From NCBI GenBank assembly GCA_965242725.1, contig CBDESZ010000018.1, forward strand, positions 404,578 through 468,577: 64,000 nt of DNA, read 5' to 3'. The notes under the pieces are model-generated. The model worked only from the letters and a program-made list of their open reading frames with translations, was not told the DNA's origin and searched no databases. Below are positions 9,290 to 18,913 of the stretch, piece after piece. Source of the DNA: Alkalispirochaeta sp. (lineage in GTDB: Bacteria > Spirochaetota > Spirochaetia > DSM-27196 > Alkalispirochaetaceae). Position numbers and translations under genes: made by a program. Position 1 is the first letter of the stretch; every line of letters starts with the position of its first letter.

Positions 9290-10420
9290 ATGGAATTGGA
9301 CTTGGTATACTTTATCGCCCCCGCGGCAGTGGGGGGCATCTCGGCGGGCCTGGCTGCGCTGATTTCGATAACCGACAAGATCGTCAACAACTATGGCGAC
9401 ATAAAAATCGATATTAACAACGGAAAAAAGGAGCTCGTCGTCAAGGGCGGACAGCCGATGCTCTTCGGACTTGCCGGGGAAGGCATTTTCATACCTTCCG
9501 CATGCGGCGGTCGCGGAAGTTGCGGTACCTGCAAGGTGAAGGTCAAGAGTGACATCGGCCCGGTCATGCCGACCGAGGTTCCATACCTTACCAAGGAAGA
9601 GATAGCCGACGACGTCCGACTCTCCTGTCAGGTCAAACTCAAAGAAGATGTGGATATCGACATTCCTGAGGAGCTTTTCAACGTCCAGGAGTATCAGGCC
9701 ACCATCGAGAAGATTGAACAGGTTACCCACGATATTCTGGAGGTGTACTGCAAACTCCCCGAGGGCAAGGAAGTGACATTCACCTCCGGTCAGTACGGAC
9801 AGTTTGAGGTTCCTCCCTACGAAAAGGTGAAAGAGAGATCGATGCGTGCCTATTCGATGTCTTCACCGCCGTCGGACAAGAACCACCTTGAGTTCCTGAT
9901 CCGTCTCGTCCCGGGCGGAATCGTCACCACCTACGTTCACAACCATCTCCAGGAAGGCGAAAAAATCCGTATTGTCGCTCCCTTCGGCGACTTCTACGTC
10001 CGCGAGACCGACGCCCAGATGATCTGTGTCGCCGGCGGTTCTGGAATGGCTCCGTTCAAGAGTATTTTTCAGGACATGATCGACAAGGGTACTTTGAATG
10101 ATCGGGAAATCTGGTACTTCTTTGGCGCGCGGTCAAAGAGGGATGTTTTTTACCTCGATTGGCTGTACAAGCTGGATGAAGAAAATGAGAATTTTCACTT
10201 CATCCCCGCCCTCAGTGAACCCCAACCGGAGGACAACTGGGACGGTCCGACGGGATTGATCACTGAAATCCTCGATGAATACCTCAAAAATACAATTAAT
10301 CCGGAGAAAGAGAAGGAAGGATATCTCTGCGGCAGCCCCGGGATGCTTGATGCGTGTATGAAGGTCATGTCTGAAAATGAAATGCAGACCGACAAGATAT
10401 ATTTCGACAAGTTTGCGTAA
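9290..10420 (+). CDS. nqrF: NqrF-like 2Fe-2S/FAD/NADH subunit
   Basis: N-terminal TM, SACGGRGSCGTC...RLSCQ, RAYSM, GGSGMAP, YLCGSP, FDKF. Confidence 0.85.
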   Translation: MELDLVYFIAPAAVGGISAGLAALISITDKIVNNYGDIKIDINNGKKELVVKGGQPMLFGLAGEGIFIPSACGGRGSCGTCKVKVKSDIGPVMPTEVPYLTKEEIADDVRLSCQVKLKEDVDIDIPEELFNVQEYQATIEKIEQVTHDILEVYCKLPEGKEVTFTSGQYGQFEVPPYEKVKERSMRAYSMSSPPSDKNHLEFLIRLVPGGIVTTYVHNHLQEGEKIRIVAPFGDFYVRETDAQMICVAGGSGMAPFKSIFQDMIDKGTLNDREIWYFFGARSKRDVFYLDWLYKLDEENENFHFIPALSEPQPEDNWDGPTGLITEILDEYLKNTINPEKEKEGYLCGSPGMLDACMKVMSENEMQTDKIYFDKFA

Positions 10421-10435
10421 GGCAGGTACAAGCGT

Positions 10436-10900
10436 ATGAAAATGTCTCCCGAATACAGAAAGGCGCAGGAAAACATGCAGCCCGGCGTGATAACCGCCAA
10501 CGGGTTTCTCGGTGACGATACGCGCAATATCGTCGATATCATTGAGGCGGACGAGGAAGAGTTCTCCCGCCTCGGAATGGATTTCGATGAAGTTGCCGCA
10601 CAGCTGCGGCATCTCCTCAACGAGGGACGGAAAGGCCTCGATGAGCCCGTCACGGTGGATGGAAAGTGGATCGTCACGACAACCGAGGCACGGGGTCATC
10701 TGGCGTCCCCCTTTGAAGACGGGATATTCCGGAAGGTGAACGCGACGATACAACGGGCGACCAATGGAAAAGCGGAGGGGCCTACCCTCCTGGTAAGCGA
10801 CCTCTCTCTCCACCTGATGGAGAAGAATCACTTTCTACAGGGAAAAGGGGCGCCCTTCCGATTGGATCCCCACACGATCAAGACGGTGCTCGACCTTTAG
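10436..10900 (+). CDS. Hypothetical soluble protein, probably co-transcribed with nqrF
   Basis: 154-aa ORF starting 15 nt after the nqrF stop. Confidence 0.7.
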   Translation: MKMSPEYRKAQENMQPGVITANGFLGDDTRNIVDIIEADEEEFSRLGMDFDEVAAQLRHLLNEGRKGLDEPVTVDGKWIVTTTEARGHLASPFEDGIFRKVNATIQRATNGKAEGPTLLVSDLSLHLMEKNHFLQGKGAPFRLDPHTIKTVLDL

Positions 10901-10957
10901 AGGGCACCGTCCTTCATTGATCTTTTCCCCCGCCGTCACTATGCTGTAACAAAGACC

Positions 10958-12991
10958 ATGGCCGACGAACGTGTACTCATCGTTGAGGATGAGAAAATTA
11001 TAGCATTGGACCTCCAACGCCGGCTGGAAAAGTTCGGTTATACAGTTGTCCACCTTGCATCAAATGCAGATGAGGCGGTTGCCAGCGCCGAAGAGTATCG
11101 CCCCGATATCATTCTCATGGATATCATGCTCGGTGGTGAGCGGGACGGCGTCGATGCGGCAATTGAGATCAAGGAACATACAAACACACCTATCGTTTTC
11201 CTTACGGCCTACGCGGATGAACACACCGTGGAACGGGCGAAGAAGGCGGAACCGGTCGGATATGTTCTCAAACCCTTTAAAGAACGGGAACTGCAGACGA
11301 CAATCGACATCGCCCTCTACAAGGCGCGGGTCGATCTCAAAATGCAGGAGCAGGAGCAGCTCTTTGAGGCACTCCTGAACAGCATGAACGACGGACTGGT
11401 CGCATTCTCCGCCCAGCGTACGATCCGCTTTCTCAATCCCGTTGCCGCCGACCTTACGGGATGGCATCCAGAAGAGGTGATCGGCCGGCAACTGGAAGAG
11501 CTCTTCACCCTTTATGACGAAAATTCCGAACTCGCCACGGCGATCCCTTTTTCCCTCGTCTTCAGCGGCAAGGATTTCGACTTCGAGAATGTCTACGTAC
11601 TGACGGAACAGGGTGGTCGCGTAAGCATTTCAGGGTCAATTACGCCTACACGGACAAAGGACGCCATCGACGGAGGACTGATCACCTTTCGGGACGTGAC
11701 GGATATCAAGGAAATGTCTGAAATCATCGAATACCAGGCAAGCCACGATTCCCTCACGGGGCTGATGAACAGGGAGGAGTTTTTTCTCAGGCTCCTTGAA
11801 TTTTCAAAGTCGGCCCACATGGAACGGCGTACCCACAGCTTCATCTATCTGGATCTTGATCAGTTCAAGATTATTAACGATGTGTGCGGTCATCTGGCGG
11901 GAGACGAGTTGCTCCGGCAGGTGTCGGGTGACATCACCGGCCAGTTATCTTCCGAAAACCACGTTGCCGGCCGGCTCGGAGGCGACGAATTCGGCATACT
12001 TCTGGTCGACGCCCCATTGGCCCACGGAATGAACGTCGCCCAGAATCTTCTTCGCAATATCAATCGGAAGTTCATCTGGCAGAAAAATGCCTTTCACATA
12101 ACCGCCAGCGTCGGTCTCGTCCCGATCACGGGGGCGAATACCGACGGCTACAACATTCTCGCCGCCGCCGATGATGCGGCGTACCTCGCCAAGGAAGGCG
12201 GAGGGAACTCGGTAAAGCTCTACGAAACGGCGGACTACAAGTTTCTCAAGCGTCGGGGTGAGATGCAGTGGATATCCCGATTGAATCACGCACTTGAAAG
12301 CGATCGCTTTGTCCTCTGGGGACAGGAGCTCGCCGCCACAAACGGTGCGGAAATCGATCACCTCGAGGTGCTCATCCGTATGGTCGATGAGGAGTCGTCC
12401 CTCATCAGCCCTGCCGATTTTATCCCCGCGGCGGAGAAATATAACCTCATGCCGGCGGTTGACCGCTGGGTGATCAAGAACGCCGTCAACAGGCTCCTGG
12501 AACAGACAGTCAATGGACGGCGTCCCATATTCAGTATCAACCTCAGCGCCGCGTCCATCGCAGATGAGCGGATGCTGGACTATATTCAGAACATATTTAC
12601 GACGACAGGTATCGACCCCAGTCAAATCTGTTTCGAAATAACTGAAACGACGGCAATTTCCAATATGAGCAGGGCAACCTCCTTCATCCGTCGTCTGAAG
12701 TCCATGGGTACGACCTTTGCCCTCGACGATTTCGGCAACGGGTTTTCGTCCTTCGCCTATTTGAAGCACCTTCCTGTAGATTACCTGAAAATCGACGGCT
12801 CCTTTGTCCGGAGCATTGCCGACGACCCGATCGACTACGCCCTTGTGGAATCGGTAAATAATATCGGCCATGTCATCGGTATCAAGACGGTCGCAGAGTT
12901 TGTGAAGGACGAACGCATTCTGGCGTTGCTTCAGGAAATGGGCGTCGATTACCTGCAAGGGTATCAGATCGCAAAACCCAAGCCCCTTTAG
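10958..12991 (+). CDS. Response regulator with REC-PAS-GGDEF-EAL domains
   Basis: IVEDE..LMDIML..KPF receiver, PAS segment, HDSLTGL..GGDEF, EVLIR..EITE..ALDDFG..KIDGSF. Confidence 0.93.
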   Translation: MADERVLIVEDEKIIALDLQRRLEKFGYTVVHLASNADEAVASAEEYRPDIILMDIMLGGERDGVDAAIEIKEHTNTPIVFLTAYADEHTVERAKKAEPVGYVLKPFKERELQTTIDIALYKARVDLKMQEQEQLFEALLNSMNDGLVAFSAQRTIRFLNPVAADLTGWHPEEVIGRQLEELFTLYDENSELATAIPFSLVFSGKDFDFENVYVLTEQGGRVSISGSITPTRTKDAIDGGLITFRDVTDIKEMSEIIEYQASHDSLTGLMNREEFFLRLLEFSKSAHMERRTHSFIYLDLDQFKIINDVCGHLAGDELLRQVSGDITGQLSSENHVAGRLGGDEFGILLVDAPLAHGMNVAQNLLRNINRKFIWQKNAFHITASVGLVPITGANTDGYNILAAADDAAYLAKEGGGNSVKLYETADYKFLKRRGEMQWISRLNHALESDRFVLWGQELAATNGAEIDHLEVLIRMVDEESSLISPADFIPAAEKYNLMPAVDRWVIKNAVNRLLEQTVNGRRPIFSINLSAASIADERMLDYIQNIFTTTGIDPSQICFEITETTAISNMSRATSFIRRLKSMGTTFALDDFGNGFSSFAYLKHLPVDYLKIDGSFVRSIADDPIDYALVESVNNIGHVIGIKTVAEFVKDERILALLQEMGVDYLQGYQIAKPKPL

Positions 12992-12998
12992 TACTTCA

Positions 12999-13562
12999 AT
13001 GCATCTCTATCCCCCTCTATCAATAAACGGCCTGAAACACGTCGGCAAGAGTTCGGTGGCTCGCCTCACCGCTCGGGCGCTGAAGGCGGACTACTTTGAT
13101 ACCGACGAGATGATGTTGCATATTTCGTCGGCGCCGGGCCAAACGACGATTCGTGATCTCTATCGGAGCGTCGGGAAAGAGGAGTTTCAACGGCTGGAGG
13201 CGGAGGCACTTTCCAGGATCACAACAGGCATCGTCGATGGAGGCCCTGGCGCACTGATTTCCACCGGAGGCGGCATATGCGATAACGCGGCTGCCTTCGA
13301 AATTCTTTTGCGCGACACCGTACCGATCGTCCTCGATGAGGAGCCTGCCGTGCTCTACGACCGAATTTCGGCGCGGGGAATACCGGCGTATCTCGACCCG
13401 GATCGTCCGTATGCCCACTTCATTGAAATCGCCGACCGACGAAGGCGTCGTTACCTCGAGACGGCAGCACACGTCATTTCAGTACGGGGGATGACCCTGG
13501 CGGAAATTGTTGACGCCCTTGTATCGTATTTGAACAATAGGAGCGACTATGGCAGGCAATAG
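12999..13562 (+). CDS. aroK: Shikimate kinase
   Basis: P-loop GLKHVGKS, DTD, FQRLE, STGGG; overlaps aroC start. Confidence 0.85.
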   Translation: MHLYPPLSINGLKHVGKSSVARLTARALKADYFDTDEMMLHISSAPGQTTIRDLYRSVGKEEFQRLEAEALSRITTGIVDGGPGALISTGGGICDNAAAFEILLRDTVPIVLDEEPAVLYDRISARGIPAYLDPDRPYAHFIEIADRRRRRYLETAAHVISVRGMTLAEIVDALVSYLNNRSDYGRQ

Positions 13563-14604
13563 CTTTGGACAGGCCTTTCGGATTACGACATTCGGTGAAT
13601 CACACGGCGGCGCCGTCGGCGTCGTTGTTGACGGCGTGACGCCGGGAGTGGAACTCGCTGCGGAGGACGTGCAGCGGCAACTGGACCGCCGGAAACCGGG
13701 GCAGTCATCGATTACCACCCCCCGGTCGGAACCGGACACGGTGCATCTTCTTTCCGGTATTTTTGAAGGAAAGACGACCGGTACGCCGTTAATGATGATC
13801 CTTTATAACTCCGATGCCGATCCGTCTGCATATGATTCCATAAAGGACAAGTATCGCCCCGGTCACGCGGATTTCACCTATTTGAAAAAGTACGGTATTC
13901 GCGACTGGCGCGGCAGCGGCAGAGCTTCCGGAAGGGAGACGGCAGGACGTGTCGCCGCAGGCGCGGTGGCACGAAAGGTTCTGGAAGCGCAGGGTATTCG
14001 GGCTCTGGCCTATACAAAACGGAGCGCCGGCGTGGAATGTGAGGATTTTGTACCTGAAGAAATTGAGAACAATCCTCTGAGGGCATGCGATCCCAATGCG
14101 GCCCGGGAAATGCTGAAGCGTATTACGGAGATTAAGGAACAGGACGACAGCGTAGGTGGCGTTATCGAATGTCGCGTCACCGGTGTGCCGCTGGGACTCG
14201 GAGAGCCGGTCTTCGACAAGCTTGACGCTGAACTGGCCCACGGTATGCTCTCAATCGGATCGGTAAAAGGCATTGAATTCGGGGCCGGATTCGCCGCGGC
14301 CGAAATGACAGGCAGTCAGCACAACGATCAGCTCGGGCCGATCGGATTCCTCACAAACAACGCCGGAGGAATCATCGGCGGTATCTCCACCGGCGAAGAG
14401 ATCATTTTTCGAATCGTCGTGAAACCGACAAGCTCAATCGCCCGGCCGCAGCAGACTGTGGATATCATGGGAACTCCTCAGACAATCCGCACCGAAGGAC
14501 GCCACGATGCGTGTATCTGTCCCCGTATCGTCCCGGTCGTAGAAGCGATGACCTACCTCGTTCTCATGGATCATCTGAAACGTCAACAGGCAATGCTCGC
14601 ATAG
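13549..14604 (+). CDS. aroC: Chorismate synthase
   Basis: TTFGESHG, RPGHAD, RASGRETA, KPTSSI, GRHD. Confidence 0.97.
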   Translation: MAGNSFGQAFRITTFGESHGGAVGVVVDGVTPGVELAAEDVQRQLDRRKPGQSSITTPRSEPDTVHLLSGIFEGKTTGTPLMMILYNSDADPSAYDSIKDKYRPGHADFTYLKKYGIRDWRGSGRASGRETAGRVAAGAVARKVLEAQGIRALAYTKRSAGVECEDFVPEEIENNPLRACDPNAAREMLKRITEIKEQDDSVGGVIECRVTGVPLGLGEPVFDKLDAELAHGMLSIGSVKGIEFGAGFAAAEMTGSQHNDQLGPIGFLTNNAGGIIGGISTGEEIIFRIVVKPTSSIARPQQTVDIMGTPQTIRTEGRHDACICPRIVPVVEAMTYLVLMDHLKRQQAMLA

Positions 14605-14619
14605 GAGCGGGGAGAAGAT

Positions 14620-15018
14620 ATGGAAACTGAATACACCGCGCCCGTAACTGCCTGGGTCGCCGAACGCATTTACTGGATTTTTTTGGGTCTCATGTTTCTC
14701 AACGTCCTGCAACGGAAGTACCAGAAACAGGCGTCACGAAAACGAATGGCCACACTTCGCCTCGGCATCGCCCTTTTCTTCCTTTTTGTGGTGGCACAGT
14801 CGATAAACCATTTCGGCGGGACGGATGTTCTCTTTTACCTTGCCCTCGTTGCGTTTGTGGCGGTCGTTTATGCCTATCGGGAATCGATGGTTCCCTTCCG
14901 ATTGAAGTCGGCCGTAGACAGGCGATGGCTCAATTTTCATGAGATTTTCTTTGATGACGAACACGGCGACGGAGACAAACGCCCGGAAGAACAGAAACCG
15001 GACGACGACGATTCCTGA
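14620..15018 (+). CDS. Hypothetical membrane protein
   Basis: About three hydrophobic segments and an acidic tail; RBS present. Confidence 0.65.
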   Translation: METEYTAPVTAWVAERIYWIFLGLMFLNVLQRKYQKQASRKRMATLRLGIALFFLFVVAQSINHFGGTDVLFYLALVAFVAVVYAYRESMVPFRLKSAVDRRWLNFHEIFFDDEHGDGDKRPEEQKPDDDDS

Positions 15019-15023
15019 TGTCT

Positions 15024-15593
15024 CTACCGCCGGTGTGTGTCTGAATCACCGACGGGAGGAATCAGGTCCTCTTCATCGGGGTTGTCGTCCTGATCGTGGC
15101 GATCACGACGATACACGATAACGAGAACACCGATAAATACGACGATCAACGGCCACCACTTCGCGGCGACGCGACTCAGACTTTCCTCGATAACATCAGT
15201 GCTGAAGAGCAGGAAGACCAGAGAAAGAATGATTATCGCCGCTCCGGGAGTCACCAGGGTGAGACGATATTCCTCGCCCTTTCTCACGCCATATACGGTA
15301 AGGGCGATTCCGACAATCGTCATGAAGACCGGCCAGACAACCGCAATTTGCACTGCAGGTAGGGCGGATTCCCAAAGCAGGGCGAACCCTCCGCTCAGCG
15401 CCAGAAATGTGCCGGTAAAGACGTTACTGTCCTTGCCGTCCGGCAGAAATGCACGACCGAAGAGGCCGACCCCACCGATAAGAAAGAACACCGGCAGAAT
15501 GACCGCGCCGACGGTGATTAACCCGGTCGTTACCAGAAGGAGAGTACCGCCAACGACCAGAAGGGCCATTCCTACCATTACACGACGATTCAT
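15024..15593 (-). CDS. Multi-TM membrane protein (LiaF/LiaI-like WP repeats)
   Basis: Repeated VWPVF / WWPLI helices; start moved to ATG at 15593. Confidence 0.65.
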   Translation of the reverse strand: MNRRVMVGMALLVVGGTLLLVTTGLITVGAVILPVFFLIGGVGLFGRAFLPDGKDSNVFTGTFLALSGGFALLWESALPAVQIAVVWPVFMTIVGIALTVYGVRKGEEYRLTLVTPGAAIIILSLVFLLFSTDVIEESLSRVAAKWWPLIVVFIGVLVIVYRRDRHDQDDNPDEEDLIPPVGDSDTHRR

Positions 15594-15646
15594 AGCTACA
15601 GTGTATCGTATTGCCATTCGAGGCGCTACGGGGATATGGTGATGCG

Positions 15647-16681
15647 ATGAGTCGGAAACGACACTATTCCATACATATTGCCGCAACAATCCTCATACTC
15701 CTTCTCCAGCTTTCTCTGACTGCGGCCCGTCCGTCCGAGGAGCACCCCAATCTCGCCCTCCCCGCATACGAACGGGAAGCACAGGAGGGAGTTCCTTCAT
15801 TTCCCGTGGTCGAACGCGCCGTCGCCGCGATGCGCTCGTCCTCGGGTGATGCCGGAACGATCACTTTTTTGACAAATCACGTCCACCGTTTTCCCGACGA
15901 CCTGAACAACGGATACTATCTGACCCTGATCGGAGAGACATACCTCGGTCAAGGCGCGTCCTCACTGGCACGTCAATACTATCGCAGGGCATTGCTGGCC
16001 CATCCTGACATTCTGGTCCGTTCCGTTCCGGTCCATCGCATCGCCATCGACAAGCTGCTTTCCCTGGTGGAAGCACCGGACGAGCGAATATTTTATTTGC
16101 GCTACCTCCAGAACCACTACAGCGATGATATAGACCACGGACTGACGGCGTACTATCTCGGAAAAGCATACGAAGAAGAGGGAAGATGGGGAGAGGCGTA
16201 TGAAAGTTATCGCATCTTCCTGCAGTTCCCGGAAACCCGGGTTCCCGGAGAGCCCCAGGCCGCGGAAGAGATCCGCCGACGCCTCGCCTTTTATGATTCC
16301 CGCCGCAACTGGACCCACGAAGATTTGGACACGCTGGTAGGAAGAATAAAGCATGCGTTGTGGACCCAAAACCCCGCCGCGTTGCTTAGGGACCGGGCGG
16401 GCGAGAACTTTTTTACCATGTCATGGGAACAAGATCCCGATGACTACAACAGTGCAATACCGACATTCGATATCGCCGCGTTTGTCCGACGGTCCCGCGT
16501 ACGTTACGCCGAGGAACTCGATATTTCATCAAACGCCAATGAAGCATATCTGCGAACATGGGGATGGTCTCACAGAATTCCAACGTGGTATCTCTATTTC
16601 CGACGCATTGACTTTCCCGCCGATCCTGAGATACACGGCAACTGGGAATGGGCGGGGATTTATTTTGGTGAATCCCGATAA
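15647..16681 (+). CDS. Exported TPR-containing protein
   Basis: Signal peptide-like N-terminus; TPR patterns YLTLIGETY..ARQYYRRAL and YYLGKAY..AYESY. Confidence 0.75.
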   Translation: MSRKRHYSIHIAATILILLLQLSLTAARPSEEHPNLALPAYEREAQEGVPSFPVVERAVAAMRSSSGDAGTITFLTNHVHRFPDDLNNGYYLTLIGETYLGQGASSLARQYYRRALLAHPDILVRSVPVHRIAIDKLLSLVEAPDERIFYLRYLQNHYSDDIDHGLTAYYLGKAYEEEGRWGEAYESYRIFLQFPETRVPGEPQAAEEIRRRLAFYDSRRNWTHEDLDTLVGRIKHALWTQNPAALLRDRAGENFFTMSWEQDPDDYNSAIPTFDIAAFVRRSRVRYAEELDISSNANEAYLRTWGWSHRIPTWYLYFRRIDFPADPEIHGNWEWAGIYFGESR

Positions 16682-16699
16682 TTACCGACAATCAGTATT

Positions 16700-17563
16700 A
16701 TGAAGGTCTCTGCAGTAGCAAGCGTTCTTCTGATTTTTGCGGTCCACCTCGTTTCGGCGCAGGAAATACACATTGACGCGGACAGTGAACTCGACTGGCA
16801 AAGAGGAACCATCGGAATAACGATGACGGCCACTGCAGCGGAAGGGACTTCTATTCGTCCTGACTTCATTTTTCGCGCCAGACAGCAAATTGATCGCGCT
16901 TTTCCGTCCGCATTGTTCGATTCACTATTGCCGTTGCGTGTCGATTCGGTGCGACTGGTACATGAAGTGATCCGTGACGAGCCGGCACTCGCCTCCCGTA
17001 TTTCCGCCCTCGCTGCCCAGGCGGAAAAAGGACTGCCCCGCCCCAACGCCAACATGACAATGGTGCAGCGGGATTACCACGTTCCTATCTTTCCCGATTT
17101 TGTACAACTTTTCATGGAACACGAAATTCCGTTTCGCATGGAAGAGGTTATTTCCTGGGTTCCGACGGCCGAATTTACCGGTGTCATTATTTATGCCGCC
17201 GACCCCCTTCCCCTCCGGGGTACCGACGATACGGTCTATGTTGAACCGGCCCTGCTGCCGGAGATTTACGACAGCGACCTCCGACCCGTTCTTGAACAGG
17301 ATATGCTGGACCCCGGTGCCGGATCACAATGGGGCGCCGTCGCATATTCCGCGGATACCAATGAGGATCCCTGGCGTTATCGGGTTGGGAATCGGCCCAT
17401 TCGAATCATGGCGCGCGAAGCGTTCGGCGTTCACCCGACGGATATTATCATTGAAAAAGAGGATGCTGATATGCTTCTCGCGACGGAACATAACCGGTCT
17501 CTTCTAAGATCCGGGCGTATTCTGGTTATTCTTCACTCCTCTCAGATCACAAGGGCAGACTGA
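16700..17563 (+). CDS. Hypothetical exported protein
   Basis: Signal peptide MKVSAVASVLLIFAVHLVSA; 287 aa. Confidence 0.7.
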   Translation: MKVSAVASVLLIFAVHLVSAQEIHIDADSELDWQRGTIGITMTATAAEGTSIRPDFIFRARQQIDRAFPSALFDSLLPLRVDSVRLVHEVIRDEPALASRISALAAQAEKGLPRPNANMTMVQRDYHVPIFPDFVQLFMEHEIPFRMEEVISWVPTAEFTGVIIYAADPLPLRGTDDTVYVEPALLPEIYDSDLRPVLEQDMLDPGAGSQWGAVAYSADTNEDPWRYRVGNRPIRIMAREAFGVHPTDIIIEKEDADMLLATEHNRSLLRSGRILVILHSSQITRAD

Positions 17564-17568
17564 CTTTA

Positions 17569-18865
17569 CTGTCCACAATCGTGCGGATGGCAACGTCCTA
17601 TTCCATGCAGTAACCGGGAGTTAATCGTCCGTTGATGCGATTCTTCCGCTCCGGCGTCCCCATCATCCCCATCCATACCACCCGAAGCGTGTGATTCAAC
17701 CTGCTTCGGGTGAGAAATGTCCGGCGTGTCAGCATCGTCCGTCGTACCCGCCGCAGTCGATCACTCCCGATTCCTGCCGCCTCGCCGTGACGCAGTACAT
17801 TCCGCGGTGAGATTCGGTACTCCTTGTCCACGTTGTGCCACACCAGGTAGATCCACATCCGGGCGGTGCTCAGCGCCGCATTCCGGGCAAAACAGACCGT
17901 CTCCCGGTGGTGCTCGGCGAGATCCTTCCGGATCTCCCGATCAAGATAGTTCACCGCGAACAGGGGATTGGTCGCAGTTCGCGGTCGTCTCGAGGAAATC
18001 GTCACCTGGCGAATCCCGTCCGACTGCCACTGGCGAAGACACCTCTGGTAGGTCGGGTGTTCGTCACTGCGAAGAATCCGTCTCTCCGGTGCCACCGGGT
18101 GCCAGACCCGCACTGCCTCATGGATGAGTTCATGAAACGATCGGGCAAGTGCCCCGGGGTCAGGCGGTTCATGCACCTCGATGAGCGCCCGTTTCCGCCG
18201 CTGCCGCGCGGACATTCGTCCGCTTCGCCGCAGGGTAACTGACGTCATTGCAAAGAGATATTGCGAGTCGGCTCCGGCAAGGAGGTTGAAGGAATTCGGA
18301 TGGTACTGGCTGACCCAGAAGCTCTGAAAGCCGTCAGCCACGAGGTCTTCGGCGGGAACGACGTCCTCGGTAAGCGCTCCGTGGACGGCGATACTCTGGC
18401 GGGCAAGCATCATGATCCGGTGGGTGATGGTGGTGGGAGAGACGAACAACTGCCGGGCGGCGGCACGGATGGAACAGCCGCTGACCAGCAGATTCCGCAG
18501 CCGGGAGAGGCTGATGTGCTTTTTGGTGAAGTACTCGAGGGAGAAGGTTGATGCACTGAAGTGGCGTCCGCAGGTGGTACAGCGAAAGCGTTGAACGATC
18601 CCGAGCCGCCGGGAGCGATAGGTTCCGTCACGGATCCACCATGCAGATGGGGGAGACGGATCGGGAAGGAGGGGATGTACGGAAGCGCCGCGCCAGTGTT
18701 CGGCGCAGCGGGGGTTCGGACAGAACGGGGGGTGGTCCATGGGCAGCTCCTGTATTGGGGGAGATTCCGAATCGGCAAACGGTGGTTCGGTCCCCTGACA
18801 GATACAGTGCATTTCTATCTTTCTGCTTCAGAAGTGACGATCTTCACCCGCACGGTTGTGGACAG
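17569..18865 (-). mobile_element. Insertion sequence, 1297 bp, with terminal inverted repeats and flanking TA dinucleotides
   Basis: Left end ctgtccacaatcgtgcggatg; right end (revcomp) ctgtccacaaccgtgcgggtg: 19/21 identical. TA at 17567-17568 and 18866-18867. Confidence 0.88.
17598..18740 (-). CDS. Putative transposase (IS1-like Zn ribbon + HTH + RNase H-like core)
   Basis: CPNPRC...QRFRCTTC, HTH SIRAAARQLFVSPTTI, LVADG, RSDEH, REIRKDLAEHHRETVCF; AGGAG RBS before ATG 18740; fills the space between the IRs. Confidence 0.8.
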   Translation of the reverse strand: MDHPPFCPNPRCAEHWRGASVHPLLPDPSPPSAWWIRDGTYRSRRLGIVQRFRCTTCGRHFSASTFSLEYFTKKHISLSRLRNLLVSGCSIRAAARQLFVSPTTITHRIMMLARQSIAVHGALTEDVVPAEDLVADGFQSFWVSQYHPNSFNLLAGADSQYLFAMTSVTLRRSGRMSARQRRKRALIEVHEPPDPGALARSFHELIHEAVRVWHPVAPERRILRSDEHPTYQRCLRQWQSDGIRQVTISSRRPRTATNPLFAVNYLDREIRKDLAEHHRETVCFARNAALSTARMWIYLVWHNVDKEYRISPRNVLRHGEAAGIGSDRLRRVRRTMLTRRTFLTRSRLNHTLRVVWMGMMGTPERKNRINGRLTPGYCME

Positions 18866-18913
18866 TAAGCAATCCTTGACAGCCCCTGTGATGCGTGGTC
18901 AAATACCGCCGAC

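Noticed and set aside
6434..10420. Standard Rnf complex
   Set aside because: No rnfC or rnfB, D and E subunits have Nqr-type signatures, and the last gene is NqrF-like.
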